In this document: positions 1-8,696 of the stretch, in pieces
Layout of the letters: each line of letters starts with the position of its first letter
Position numbering within the stretch: position 1 is the first letter of the stretch
DNA from: Clostridia bacterium
Lineage (GTDB): Bacteria; Bacillota; Clostridia; Oscillospirales; Acutalibacteraceae
DNA length: 64,000 nt
NCBI GenBank assembly: GCA_017440755.1
Contig: JAFSGP010000012.1
Span: forward strand, 2,283 to 66,282
Direction: 5' to 3'
The notes under the pieces: generated by a model
The model's database searches: none
What the model was told of the DNA's origin: nothing
Seen by the model: only the letters and a program-made list of their open reading frames with translations
Position numbers and translations under genes: made by a program

Positions 1-2
1 GA

Positions 3-278
3 TACACAGGAAGCGTTAATACAAATGATATTATAATTGCCGCACACAATTATAAAAGCCATTTTGGTTCATTAAATAAACTGATAATTGGCGATAAAGT
101 TGAATTTATTGATGCTTACGGGAAGTCGCATCTATATGAGGTTTGTGAAATTACAACCTTAGATGGAACCGCAGTATCGGATATGCAGTCAGGCGGTTGG
201 GCTTTCACATTGTTCACCTGCACCAAGGGTGGCGAACAACGTGTAACTGTGCGATGTGAAAGGGATAAAACATATTAA
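3..278 (+). CDS. sortase family transpeptidase, C-terminal fragment (5' end outside window)
   Basis: Frame 3 is open from the window edge to TAA 276-278. Translation ...IIAAHNYKSHF...WAFTLFTCTKGGEQRVTVRCE contains the TLxTC catalytic motif. AT-rich, unlike most of the window. Confidence 0.7.
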   Translation, partial: YTGSVNTNDIIIAAHNYKSHFGSLNKLIIGDKVEFIDAYGKSHLYEVCEITTLDGTAVSDMQSGGWAFTLFTCTKGGEQRVTVRCERDKTY

Positions 279-309
279 AGGAAAGATAAAAAGCAAAGAT
301 TCATTGTAA

Positions 310-341
310 GGGTGGTGACTCGAAAAAGTCATCGCCCTTTT
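310..341 (+). terminator. intrinsic terminator after sortase fragment
   Basis: GGGTGGTGACT-cgaaaa-AGTCATCGCCC hairpin (two G-T wobbles) followed by TTTT. Confidence 0.5.
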
Positions 342-595
342 CACATCTCGATTTGAATTTTTAAAAACAATTGGAAATTCTACTCATAATTTCTACAAAA
401 AGTGTGATACTAACAAAGAACAAAAATAACAATTCGACCCAAGTCCTCTAACCCCTTATGTCCAACTGGGACAAAAGAAAAAAGAGGTGAAATTGGCTCA
501 GGCGAGGTGTAATTTGAGTAAACCAACAAATCCCGAAAACCCACATAAATACTGGGCTTTTGGCACATTTCAGAGTAGAGAAAAGGAGTAAATAT

Positions 596-1138
596 ATGAA
601 AGCAACAGGAATCGTTCGTAGAATAGACGACCTTGGGCGGGTGGTTATTCCCAAAGAAATCAGAAGGACAATGCGGATTCGTGAGGGGGACCCGCTGGAG
701 ATCTTCACCGAGAAGGACGGGGAGGTCGTGTTCAAGAAATACTCCCCCGTGGGGGAACTGTCTCCCTTTGCGGTGCAGTATGCAGACGTGCTGTCCCGCG
801 CCTGTAACATGACCGTGCTGGTGTGCGACCGTGACCACGTCATCGCCGTGGCGGGACCCAACCGCAAGGAATTCTACGAGCGGCGGGTATCCCCCCAGCT
901 GGACGAGGTGATGGACGGGCGGCAGAGCTACGTGGCCGCCGCCGGCACCGCCCAGCGGCTTATGCCCGCCGAGGGGGTCAACCGCGCGGCATCGGTGGCG
1001 TCCCCCATTATCGCCGCCGGCGACGTGACCGGTGCGGTGTGTCTCATTCAGCCGGAGAGCGGCTCCATTCCCAGCGAGGGGGACGTGCGCCTGACGCAGG
1101 TCGCCGCCGCCTTCCTCGGTAAGCAAATGGAAGAATAA
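596..1138 (+). CDS. spoVT: stage V sporulation protein T, AbrB-family regulator
   Basis: AAGGAG RBS 7 nt before ATG 596. N-terminus MKATGIVRRIDDLGRVVIPKEIRRTMRIREGDPLEIF is the SpoVT/AbrB swapped-hairpin motif, followed by a GAF-like C-terminal part. Confidence 0.85.
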   Translation: MKATGIVRRIDDLGRVVIPKEIRRTMRIREGDPLEIFTEKDGEVVFKKYSPVGELSPFAVQYADVLSRACNMTVLVCDRDHVIAVAGPNRKEFYERRVSPQLDEVMDGRQSYVAAAGTAQRLMPAEGVNRAASVASPIIAAGDVTGAVCLIQPESGSIPSEGDVRLTQVAAAFLGKQMEE

Positions 1139-1143
1139 CCCAA

Positions 1144-1181
1144 GAAAGAGCCGTGCCCGTGGGCACGGCTCTTTCTCTTTT
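1144..1181. terminator. bidirectional hairpin terminator
   Basis: GAAAGAGCCGTGCCC..GGGCACGGCTCTTTC palindrome with a T-run on the plus strand and an A-run read from the other strand. It sits between spoVT and a convergent small unit. Confidence 0.6.
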
Positions 1182-1314
1182 ACAGCCATTCGTCGGTGAA
1201 ATAGGCGTTGGTACAGGCGTGCAGCCCCTTGCTGACGGTGACGGTGAGGCGGAAATACTTGTCCGCCGCCTCCACGGGGAACACGGCGTGGATGGGACCG
1301 TCCTCGGCTCGCAC
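1180..1314 (-). CDS. possible small ORF (about 44 aa, GTG start) or sRNA; unknown function
   Basis: In-frame part of track ORF 1180..1461: VRAEDGPIHAVFPVEAADKYFRLTVTVSKGLHACTNAYFTDEWL. It has its own upstream promoter-like element and ends at the bidirectional terminator. The RBS is weak. Confidence 0.25.
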   Translation of the reverse strand: MRAEDGPIHAVFPVEAADKYFRLTVTVSKGLHACTNAYFTDEWL

Positions 1315-1328
1315 CTGCCTTCGCCACC

Positions 1329-1357
1329 AGTATAGCATAAAAGGCGGAAAAAGCAAG
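1329..1357 (-). promoter_or_regulatory. putative sigma-A promoter (minus strand)
   Basis: Read on the minus strand: TTGCTT, then a 17-18 nt spacer, then TGCTATACT (extended -10). Confidence 0.35.
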
Positions 1358-1417
1358 AAAAACCGTTGCAATTCGTGGGGGATAATGCTATAATCGGCGC
1401 AAAGGGAAGTGATTACA

Positions 1418-2074
1418 ATGGCAAAGGCAAAGGCCGTGGTGTTCGATATGGACGGCACCATTCTGGATACGCTGGGGGACTTGGTCGCGTCGGTGAACTA
1501 CGCGCTGGCGCAGCACGGATTCCCCACCCATACGGCGAAGGAAATTCGCTCCTATCTGGGCAACGGACCCGCCAACCTGATTATGCAGTCCTGCCCCGCG
1601 GGCACCGCGAAGGAGACGGTGGCGGCGGTGCTTGCCACCTACCTGCCGTATTACGCGGTGCACAGCCGCGATACCACAGGTCCCTATGCGGGCGTGGCGG
1701 AGATGCTTTCTCAGCTGAAGGCGGCGGGTGTGGCAATGGCGGTGGTGTCTAACAAGCAGGAGTGCGACGTGGAAGCCCTGCGGCAGGTGTATTTTGCCGA
1801 TACGGTTTCGCTGGCGGTGGGCGGCTCCGAGGGCAGGCCCCTCAAGCCCGACCCCACGGGGGTGTTCATCGCTCTGGAGCGGCTGGGGGTGGCCAAAGAG
1901 GACGCCTGGTTTGTGGGCGACTCGGAGGTGGACGTGGTCACCGCCAAAAATGCGGGCATGCGTTGCGTGGCGGTTTCTTGGGGCTTCCGTGACGCCCCCG
2001 ACCTGCAGGCGGCAGGGGCAGAGATTATCGTGGATACGCCGCAGGACGTGGTTAAGTACATACTGGGAGAGTGA
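1418..2074 (+). CDS. HAD-family hydrolase, phosphoglycolate phosphatase-like
   Basis: AAGGGAAG RBS. MAKAKAVVFDMDGTILDT carries the DxDGT motif I, with a later GDSEVD motif. Confidence 0.8.
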   Translation: MAKAKAVVFDMDGTILDTLGDLVASVNYALAQHGFPTHTAKEIRSYLGNGPANLIMQSCPAGTAKETVAAVLATYLPYYAVHSRDTTGPYAGVAEMLSQLKAAGVAMAVVSNKQECDVEALRQVYFADTVSLAVGGSEGRPLKPDPTGVFIALERLGVAKEDAWFVGDSEVDVVTAKNAGMRCVAVSWGFRDAPDLQAAGAEIIVDTPQDVVKYILGE

Positions 2075-3210
2075 ACAAGATGGATTTTTCGGCAGTTAAG
2101 GACTATATGGACCGCTTGCACAGCGAAAAGAACGTGCCCGGTTGCGACCTGATGGTGTATTACGAGGGGAATCCCGTGTTTTACCATGCCGCCGGCTGGG
2201 CAGACGACGAAAAGACGGTGCCCGTCAGCGGGGATACCCTGTATCTGCTGTACTCCTGCACCAAGCCCATTACCACGGTGGCGGCGCTTCAGCTTGTGGA
2301 ACGGGGCAAGATGACGCTGGATACCCCCGTGATGGAGTTGATTCCCGCTATGGCGGACGCCTACGTGGTGGAGAATGAGGAGAAGGTCGTGGTGGGGCAC
2401 ACCATGACGGTGCGCCACCTGCTGACGATGTCGGCGGGGTTTGATTACAGCGTGCAGATGCCGCCCGTGCTGGCGCTGCGGGAGAAAAACCCCGATGCCA
2501 CCACCCGTGAGATGGTGGAGGCATTTGTGCAGCACCCGCTGGCGTTCCGCCCGGGACACCGTTTTGAGTACAGCCTGTGTATGGACGTGACGGCGGCGGT
2601 GGTGGAGGCGGCGTCGGGTATGTCCTTCGGCGACTACCTGCAGGCGAATATCTTCGACCCGCTGGGTATGACCGACATCGGCTTCTTCCCCAACGAGGCG
2701 CAGCAGGCGCGGCTCATCGAGCAGTACGCCTGCAATACCGAAAAGGGACTTATCAAGATTTCCAAGGATATCGGTGCTTTCCTGATGTCCTCCCGTTACG
2801 AGAGCGGCGGTGCAGGGCTGTTTGCCTCCACCGCGGCGCTGGGCAAGTTTGTGGGCGCCATCGCCAACGGCGGCGTGTCTGCCGACGGCGTGCGTATTCT
2901 GGGGGAGGACTACGTGGCGATGCTGCAGCAGCATCAGCTGGACTTTTTGGTTAACCCCGGCTTCGGCTGCGGAGCGGGTCCCAACTACGGCTACAGCTTC
3001 GGCATGCGTACGCTGAAAAATCAGAATGGCGGCGAGCGCAGCCACGTGGGGGAATTTGGCTGGGACGGCGCCGCCGGCGCCTACGTGGCGATGGACCCCG
3101 ACGCCAAGGTGGGTATCACTTACTGCCAGCAGACCAAGGGCTGGCCTGTGTTCTACAACGGCATTCACGCTCCCCTGCGTGACCTGATTTACGAGGCCAT
3201 CGGGGTATAA
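2071..3210 (+). CDS. serine hydrolase, beta-lactamase/transpeptidase-like family
   Basis: YSCTKPITTVAALQLVERGK contains the SxxK active-site motif. Length 379 aa. The start overlaps the HAD stop; an alternative ATG lies at 2080. Confidence 0.8.
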   Translation: MNKMDFSAVKDYMDRLHSEKNVPGCDLMVYYEGNPVFYHAAGWADDEKTVPVSGDTLYLLYSCTKPITTVAALQLVERGKMTLDTPVMELIPAMADAYVVENEEKVVVGHTMTVRHLLTMSAGFDYSVQMPPVLALREKNPDATTREMVEAFVQHPLAFRPGHRFEYSLCMDVTAAVVEAASGMSFGDYLQANIFDPLGMTDIGFFPNEAQQARLIEQYACNTEKGLIKISKDIGAFLMSSRYESGGAGLFASTAALGKFVGAIANGGVSADGVRILGEDYVAMLQQHQLDFLVNPGFGCGAGPNYGYSFGMRTLKNQNGGERSHVGEFGWDGAAGAYVAMDPDAKVGITYCQQTKGWPVFYNGIHAPLRDLIYEAIGV

Positions 3211-3218
3211 GAGAAAGA

Positions 3219-3252
3219 AAACGCACCTTCTGCAAAGGAGGTGCGTTTTTTG
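3219..3252 (+). terminator. intrinsic terminator
   Basis: ACGCACCT-tctgcaaagg-AGGTGCGT followed by TTTTTT. Confidence 0.7.
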
Positions 3253-3278
3253 CGGGGCAAAAAGTCTGGGGGATTCGC

Positions 3279-3396
3279 GGGCGAACGCAGTTCGCCTCTA
3301 CGAAGAAAAACGGAAGCATAACACGTAGGGCGGGGGCTTGCTCCCGCCGCCAAAGCATATACAAATCCAACGGCAGGACCAAGACTGTGCCCTACA
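3279..3396. repeat. REP-like hairpin units (array A)
   Basis: GGGCGAACGCAGTTCGCC-TCTACG (3279-3302) and CGTAG-GGCGGGGGCTTGCTCCCGCC (3324-3348), plus a degenerate GGCA..TGCC-CTACA unit. Confidence 0.6.
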
Positions 3397-3519
3397 ACGG
3401 AATTTTTAGTTTACATAATCCCCGAAGGCGGATAGCTGAGTGCGCCTCCCGCCAATGTCTACAAGCCAAAAAAGAGCGAAAAAAAGGCTATTTTCCGCCG
3501 TATTTCTTTCTCATCCCCC

Positions 3520-3562
3520 TTGACAGCACACAGGTGCGCGAGTATAATTGTATACAATTATA
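3520..3562 (+). promoter_or_regulatory. sigma-A promoter overlapped by a perfect 20-bp palindrome (putative GntR operator)
   Basis: TTGACA (3520-3525), 17-nt spacer, TATAAT (3543-3548). TATAATTGTATACAATTATA (3543-3562) is its own reverse complement and contains the TTGTATACAA GntR/FadR-type core. Confidence 0.6.
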
Positions 3563-3585
3563 CGAAACAGAGAGGAGTGACCGTT

Positions 3586-4962
3586 TTGCTGGAGTTATCC
3601 AACAAGAGTAACGTTCTGGAGCAGAAGATTTACAAGTATTCTCTGCAGGATGTGGAGAATCCGGAGCTGTATCGAGATATATACGACTACGAGTCGGTGC
3701 CAAAGGTGGCCTTTAACCACCGCCGCGTGCCCATGGGAATGCCGGAGGAGATTTGGATTACCGATACCTCCTTGCGGGACGGGCAGCAGTCGGTGGAGCC
3801 CTATTCGGTGGAGCAGATAGTACGGCTGTACCAGTTGATGAGCAAGCTGGGCGGTCCCTTCGGCATCATTCGTCAGACCGAGATGTTTGTGTACAGCGAG
3901 AAGGACCGCAAGGCGCTGGAAAAATGTCAGGAGCTGGGGTTGAAATTCCCCGAGATTACCACCTGGATCCGTGCCAATCGAGAGGATTTCAAGCTGGTGC
4001 GGGATTTGGGTATCCGTGAGACGGGCATTCTGGTCAGCTGCTCGGATTATCACATTTTCAAGAAACTGAAGATGACCCGCAAGCAGGCGATGGACCAGTA
4101 TCTGGCCGCGGTGGCGGATGCATTTGAGGCGGGGGTAATGCCCCGCTGTCATCTGGAGGATATCACCCGCGCCGATTTCTACGGCTTTGTGGTGCCTTTT
4201 GTCAACGCGCTGATGGAGATGAGCCGCGATGCGGGCATTCCCGTGCGTATCCGTGCCTGCGATACCATGGGCTACGGTGTTCCCTATACCGGCGTGGCGC
4301 TGCCCCGCAGTGTCCCCGGCATCATCTACGGCTTACAGCACTATGCCGACGTGCCAAGCGAACTGCTGGAGTGGCACGGACACAACGACTTCTACAAGGC
4401 GGTGGCGAACGCCTCCACCGCGTGGCTGTACGGCGCATCGGCGGTCAACTGCTCCCTGTTGGGTGTGGGTGAGCGGACGGGCAATGTGCCGCTGGAGGCA
4501 ATGGTAATGGAGTATGCCTCCTTGCGCGGCTCCTTGGACGGTATGGACACCTCGGTGATTACCGAAATCGCCGAGTTTTTCAAGAAGGACATCGGCTACA
4601 AGATTCCCCCGATGACCCCCTTTGTGGGACGGAATTTCAACGTCACCCGCGCGGGCATTCACGCGGACGGTCTGTTGAAGGACGAGGAAATCTATAACAT
4701 CTTCAACACCGAAAAGATTCTGGGCAAGCCCGCCTCGGTGCTCATCAGCAAGACCTCGGGTCTGGCGGGCATCGCCTACTGGATTAACGCCAACTACGGA
4801 TTGACCGCCGACGAGCAGGTGGACAAGCGCAGCCCCTTGGTCATCGCCATGAAGGAGTGGGTGGACAAAGAATACGAGGGCGGTCGCCAGACCACCCTCA
4901 CCACTGCCGAACTGGAGCAGAAAATTGAGGAATTATCCGACGGCAAGTTGTGCCGACTGTGA
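3586..4962 (+). CDS. citrate (Re)-synthase-like enzyme of the homocitrate/2-isopropylmalate synthase (HMGL-like) family
   Basis: GAGAGGAG RBS then TTG 3586 (GTG 3577 is an alternative). The WITDTSLRDGQQS motif marks the DRE-TIM aldolase family. Operon context with aconitase and IDH. Confidence 0.7.
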   Translation: MLELSNKSNVLEQKIYKYSLQDVENPELYRDIYDYESVPKVAFNHRRVPMGMPEEIWITDTSLRDGQQSVEPYSVEQIVRLYQLMSKLGGPFGIIRQTEMFVYSEKDRKALEKCQELGLKFPEITTWIRANREDFKLVRDLGIRETGILVSCSDYHIFKKLKMTRKQAMDQYLAAVADAFEAGVMPRCHLEDITRADFYGFVVPFVNALMEMSRDAGIPVRIRACDTMGYGVPYTGVALPRSVPGIIYGLQHYADVPSELLEWHGHNDFYKAVANASTAWLYGASAVNCSLLGVGERTGNVPLEAMVMEYASLRGSLDGMDTSVITEIAEFFKKDIGYKIPPMTPFVGRNFNVTRAGIHADGLLKDEEIYNIFNTEKILGKPASVLISKTSGLAGIAYWINANYGLTADEQVDKRSPLVIAMKEWVDKEYEGGRQTTLTTAELEQKIEELSDGKLCRL

Positions 4963-4972
4963 GGTGAAGGGT

Positions 4973-5617
4973 ATGACGGAACATAAGAGTGTATCTCTCG
5001 CCGACTGCGTGTTCGAGCGGTTGGAGAACGATATTTTAGGCGGCAAGTATGCCTACGGTGAGGTGCTCACCGAGGCGAAGCTGTCGGAGGAGCTGGGGGT
5101 CAGCCGCACCCCCATTCGGGAGGCGATTCGCCGTCTGGAGCAGGAAAATATCCTGCGGGACTCCGGCCGCGGGCTGGTGGTGCAGGGCATCACCCCCGCC
5201 GACGTGGCGGACATTCTGGATATCCGCCTGCTGATTGAGGGGGAGGCGGCCCGTCGCGCGGCGGCGCATATGACCCCTCAGCAGAAGCAGGCGCTGATGG
5301 AGGCGGTGGAGCTGCAGGAGTTCTACGTATCCAAGCAGGACGCGGAGCGCATTCAGACGCAGGACCACCACTTCCACGAGGGCATCTATGCAGGCTGCGG
5401 CAGCATTACCCTGCAGAGCACCTTGGTGCCGCTGCACCGCAAGGCGCAGAAATTCCGCCGCGCCTCGGTGGAACGCCCCGAGCGGGCAATGGAGTCGGTG
5501 CGGGAGCACCGCGCCATTGCACAGGCTATTCTCGCCGGCGACGGCGAGCTGGCGGCACAGCTGACAACCCAACACATTGAGCAAGCTCGCAAGAGTATGA
5601 TAGGCAAAGGAGAATAA
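4973..5617 (+). CDS. GntR-family transcriptional regulator (FadR/FCD subfamily)
   Basis: LSEELGVSRTPIREAIRRLEQENIL winged-HTH followed by an FCD-like C-terminal domain. Confidence 0.85.
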   Translation: MTEHKSVSLADCVFERLENDILGGKYAYGEVLTEAKLSEELGVSRTPIREAIRRLEQENILRDSGRGLVVQGITPADVADILDIRLLIEGEAARRAAAHMTPQQKQALMEAVELQEFYVSKQDAERIQTQDHHFHEGIYAGCGSITLQSTLVPLHRKAQKFRRASVERPERAMESVREHRAIAQAILAGDGELAAQLTTQHIEQARKSMIGKGE

Positions 5618-5619
5618 CT

Positions 5620-7554
5620 ATGGGACTGACGATTGCACAAAAAATTATCCGTGACCATCTGGTCAGCGGGGAGATGGTGCCCGGCACCGAGATTGCCCTG
5701 CGCATCGACCAGACGTTGACCCAGGACGCTACCGGCACGATGGCGTATCTGGAGTTTGAGACGATGGGCATTCCCCGTGTGCGCACCGAGCGCAGCGTGG
5801 CGTACATCGACCACAACACCCTGCAGTCCGGCTTTGAGAATGCGGACGACCACCGCTATATCCAGTCGGTGTGTAGGAAGCACGGTGTCTACTTTTCTCG
5901 CCCCGGCAACGGCATCTGCCATCAGGTGCATCTGGAGCGGTTTGGCAAGCCCGGCAAGACCCTCATCGGCTCGGACAGCCACACCCCCACCGGCGGCGGC
6001 ATTGGTATGCTGGCCATGGGCGCGGGCGGTCTGGACGTGGCGGTGGCCATGGGTGGCGGTGCCTATTATATCACCATGCCGAAGATGTACAAGGTGGAGC
6101 TGACCGGTAAGCTGCGTCCCTTCGTTACCGCCAAGGACGTGAGTCTGGAGATTCTGCGCCAGCTGTCCGTCAAGGGCGGCGTGGGCGCTATCATCGAGTG
6201 GGGCGGCGAGGGCGTCGCCACCCTGTCGGTGCCGGAGCGTGCCACCATCACCAATATGGGCACCGAGCTGGGTGCCACCACCTCTATCTTCCCCTCGGAC
6301 GAGACCACCCGCCAGTTCCTGAAGGCGGAGGGTCGTGAGGAGGATTATATTCCCCTCGCCAGTGACCCCGACGCCGAGTACGATAAGATTCTGCACATTG
6401 ACCTGTCCACGCTGGAGCCGCTTATCGCCTGTCCTCACAGCCCCGACAACGTGGTTCCCGTGTCCTCTCTGAAGGGCACCAAGGTAGATCAGGTGTGCAT
6501 CGGCTCCTGCACCAACTCCTCTCTGCAGGATATGCTGAAGGTGGCGGCTCTTCTAAAGGGCTGTACCATTCAGCCCTCGGTCAGCCTGTCCATTTCCCCC
6601 GGCTCTAAGCAGGTGCTGACCATGCTGGCGGACTGCGGTGCTCTCACCGATATCCTCGCCAGCGGCGCCCGCGTGCTGGAGTGCGCTTGCGGTCCCTGCA
6701 TCGGCATGGGCTTCAGCCCCAATTCCGGCGGCGTGAGTCTGCGCACCTTTAACCGCAACTTTGAGGGACGCAGCGGCACCGCCGACGGGCAGGTGTACCT
6801 GTGCAGTCCGGAGACCGCCGTGGCGGCGGCTCTGACCGGCGAGATTACCAACCCGATGCTGCTGGGCGAGATGCCGGCCATTCGGTTCCCCGACGCCTTC
6901 CGCATCGACGACAGCGCCGTGCTGGCGCCCGCCGACGAGTCCAAGGCGGCAGACGTAGAGGTGCTGCGCGGTCCCAACATCAAGGAGTTCCCCAAGAGCT
7001 TCCCGCAGGAGGATACCCTCTCTGCTCCGCTGGTGCTGAAGGTGGGGGACAACATCACCACCGACCACATTATGCCCGCAGGCGCGAAAATTCTGCCCTA
7101 CCGTTCCAACATTCCTCACCTGTCCCAGTTCTGCTTCGGCGTCTGCGACCAGACCTTCCCCGAGCGGGCGAAGGCGGCGGGACAGTCCATCGTGGTGGGC
7201 GGCAGCAACTACGGACAGGGCTCCTCCCGTGAGCACGCGGCGCTGGTACCGCTGTATCTGGGTGTGCGTGCGGTCATTGCTAAGTCCTTTGCCCGTATCC
7301 ATGCGGCAAACCTGATTAATGCAGGCATTATGCCTCTGACCTTTGCCGACCCCGCCGACTACGACAAGCTGGCGCAGGACGATGCGCTGGAGCTTACCGC
7401 CGTGTACGCGGGTATGGACAGCGGTAACATCACCCTGACCGATAAGACCACCGGCGAGCAGTTCACCCTGTGCGCCGATTTCACCGAGCGGCAGAAGGCA
7501 ATCCTTAAGGCGGGCGGTCTGCTTGCCTATACTAAAGAAATGGGAGAGAATTGA
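5620..7554 (+). CDS. aconitate hydratase
   Basis: 644 aa. Aconitase-family motifs GSDSHT and CGPCIGMG, with a swivel domain at the C-terminus. Confidence 0.9.
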   Translation: MGLTIAQKIIRDHLVSGEMVPGTEIALRIDQTLTQDATGTMAYLEFETMGIPRVRTERSVAYIDHNTLQSGFENADDHRYIQSVCRKHGVYFSRPGNGICHQVHLERFGKPGKTLIGSDSHTPTGGGIGMLAMGAGGLDVAVAMGGGAYYITMPKMYKVELTGKLRPFVTAKDVSLEILRQLSVKGGVGAIIEWGGEGVATLSVPERATITNMGTELGATTSIFPSDETTRQFLKAEGREEDYIPLASDPDAEYDKILHIDLSTLEPLIACPHSPDNVVPVSSLKGTKVDQVCIGSCTNSSLQDMLKVAALLKGCTIQPSVSLSISPGSKQVLTMLADCGALTDILASGARVLECACGPCIGMGFSPNSGGVSLRTFNRNFEGRSGTADGQVYLCSPETAVAAALTGEITNPMLLGEMPAIRFPDAFRIDDSAVLAPADESKAADVEVLRGPNIKEFPKSFPQEDTLSAPLVLKVGDNITTDHIMPAGAKILPYRSNIPHLSQFCFGVCDQTFPERAKAAGQSIVVGGSNYGQGSSREHAALVPLYLGVRAVIAKSFARIHAANLINAGIMPLTFADPADYDKLAQDDALELTAVYAGMDSGNITLTDKTTGEQFTLCADFTERQKAILKAGGLLAYTKEMGEN

Positions 7555-7555
7555 T

Positions 7556-8695
7556 ATGAACCAGTACATTGAACAAGCCGTGGAGAATTTCCGCACCCTC
7601 ATCACCGAGCAGCTGGAGCGCCAGAACCGTATGGAGGCGGGCGCGCAGGCGAAGGATTTCGCTAATTTGGAGAAAATCGTCATCGGCATCTGCGGTGGCG
7701 ACGGCATCGGCCCCATCATCACCCACGCGGGTCAGGACGTGCTGGCATTCCTGCTGGCGGACGAGGTAAAGAGCGGTCGCGTGGAGTTCCGCGAGATTGA
7801 CGGGCTGACCATCGAGCGCCGCACCGAGCTGGGCAAGGCGATTCCTGACGATACCCTGGCCGCCCTCAAGGAGTGCGACGTCATTCTGAAGGGCCCCACC
7901 ACCACCCCCCACGGCGGCAATCTGGAGAGCGCCAACGTGGCGATGCGCCGCGAGCTGGACCTGTACGCCAACGTGCGCCCCACCTGCGTGCCCGAATTGG
8001 GCATTGACTGGGTGTTCTACCGCGAGAACAGCGAGGGCGAGTATGTCCTCGGTAGCCGCGGTGTGGAGATTCCCGACAAGCTGGCAATGGACTTTAAGGT
8101 GACCACCGATGCGGGTACCCGCCGCATCGCCCGCGCCGCCTTCGAGTATGCCAAGAATAACGGCAAGGACAACGTGGCTATCGTCACCAAGGCGAATATT
8201 ATGAAAAAGACCGACGGCAACTTCTCCCGCATCTGCCACGAGGTCGCCGCCGAGTATCCCGGCATCACCGCCGAGGACTGGTACATTGACATTATGACCG
8301 CCAATCTGGTCAACGAGGCGCGCCGCAGCCAGTTCCAGGTGTTCGTGCTGCCCAACCTGTACGGTGACATCATCACCGACGAGGCCGCCCAGATTCAGGG
8401 TGGTGTGGGCACCGCAGGCTCCGCCAACGTGGGCGACCAGTATGCGATGTTCGAGGCGATTCACGGCTCCGCTCCCCGTATGATTGAGATGGGTCGCGGC
8501 GACTATGCCAACCCCGCCTCTGTACTGAAGGCCTGCGCCATGCTGCTGCGCCACATTGCCAAGGCGGAGGAGGCGGAGAAGCTGGAGAAGGCTCTGGCTA
8601 TCTGCAACGAGAAGATGAATATGACCGGTCGCCCCGGCGGCAACACCTGTGCGGAGTTTGCACAGGCGGTGATGACCGCCGTGCAGGAGATGTGA
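7556..8695 (+). CDS. icd: isocitrate dehydrogenase (isocitrate/isopropylmalate dehydrogenase family)
   Basis: GGAGAG RBS then ATG 7556. Motifs IVTKANIMKKTDG and NLYGDIITDEAAQIQGG. Lies directly downstream of aconitase. Confidence 0.8.
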   Translation: MNQYIEQAVENFRTLITEQLERQNRMEAGAQAKDFANLEKIVIGICGGDGIGPIITHAGQDVLAFLLADEVKSGRVEFREIDGLTIERRTELGKAIPDDTLAALKECDVILKGPTTTPHGGNLESANVAMRRELDLYANVRPTCVPELGIDWVFYRENSEGEYVLGSRGVEIPDKLAMDFKVTTDAGTRRIARAAFEYAKNNGKDNVAIVTKANIMKKTDGNFSRICHEVAAEYPGITAEDWYIDIMTANLVNEARRSQFQVFVLPNLYGDIITDEAAQIQGGVGTAGSANVGDQYAMFEAIHGSAPRMIEMGRGDYANPASVLKACAMLLRHIAKAEEAEKLEKALAICNEKMNMTGRPGGNTCAEFAQAVMTAVQEM

Positions 8696-8696
8696 T

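Noticed and set aside
540-595. Sigma-G/sigma-F type promoter for spoVT
   Set aside because: No convincing match to the GHATR-17/18-CAHWHTA pattern could be aligned by eye, so it is left uncalled.
1711-3168. 485-aa minus-strand ORF spanning the HAD and serine-hydrolase genes
   Set aside because: It is antisense to two well-supported genes. The translation is Arg/Gly/His/Ala-rich with no motifs and no RBS, a typical open antisense frame in GC-rich DNA.
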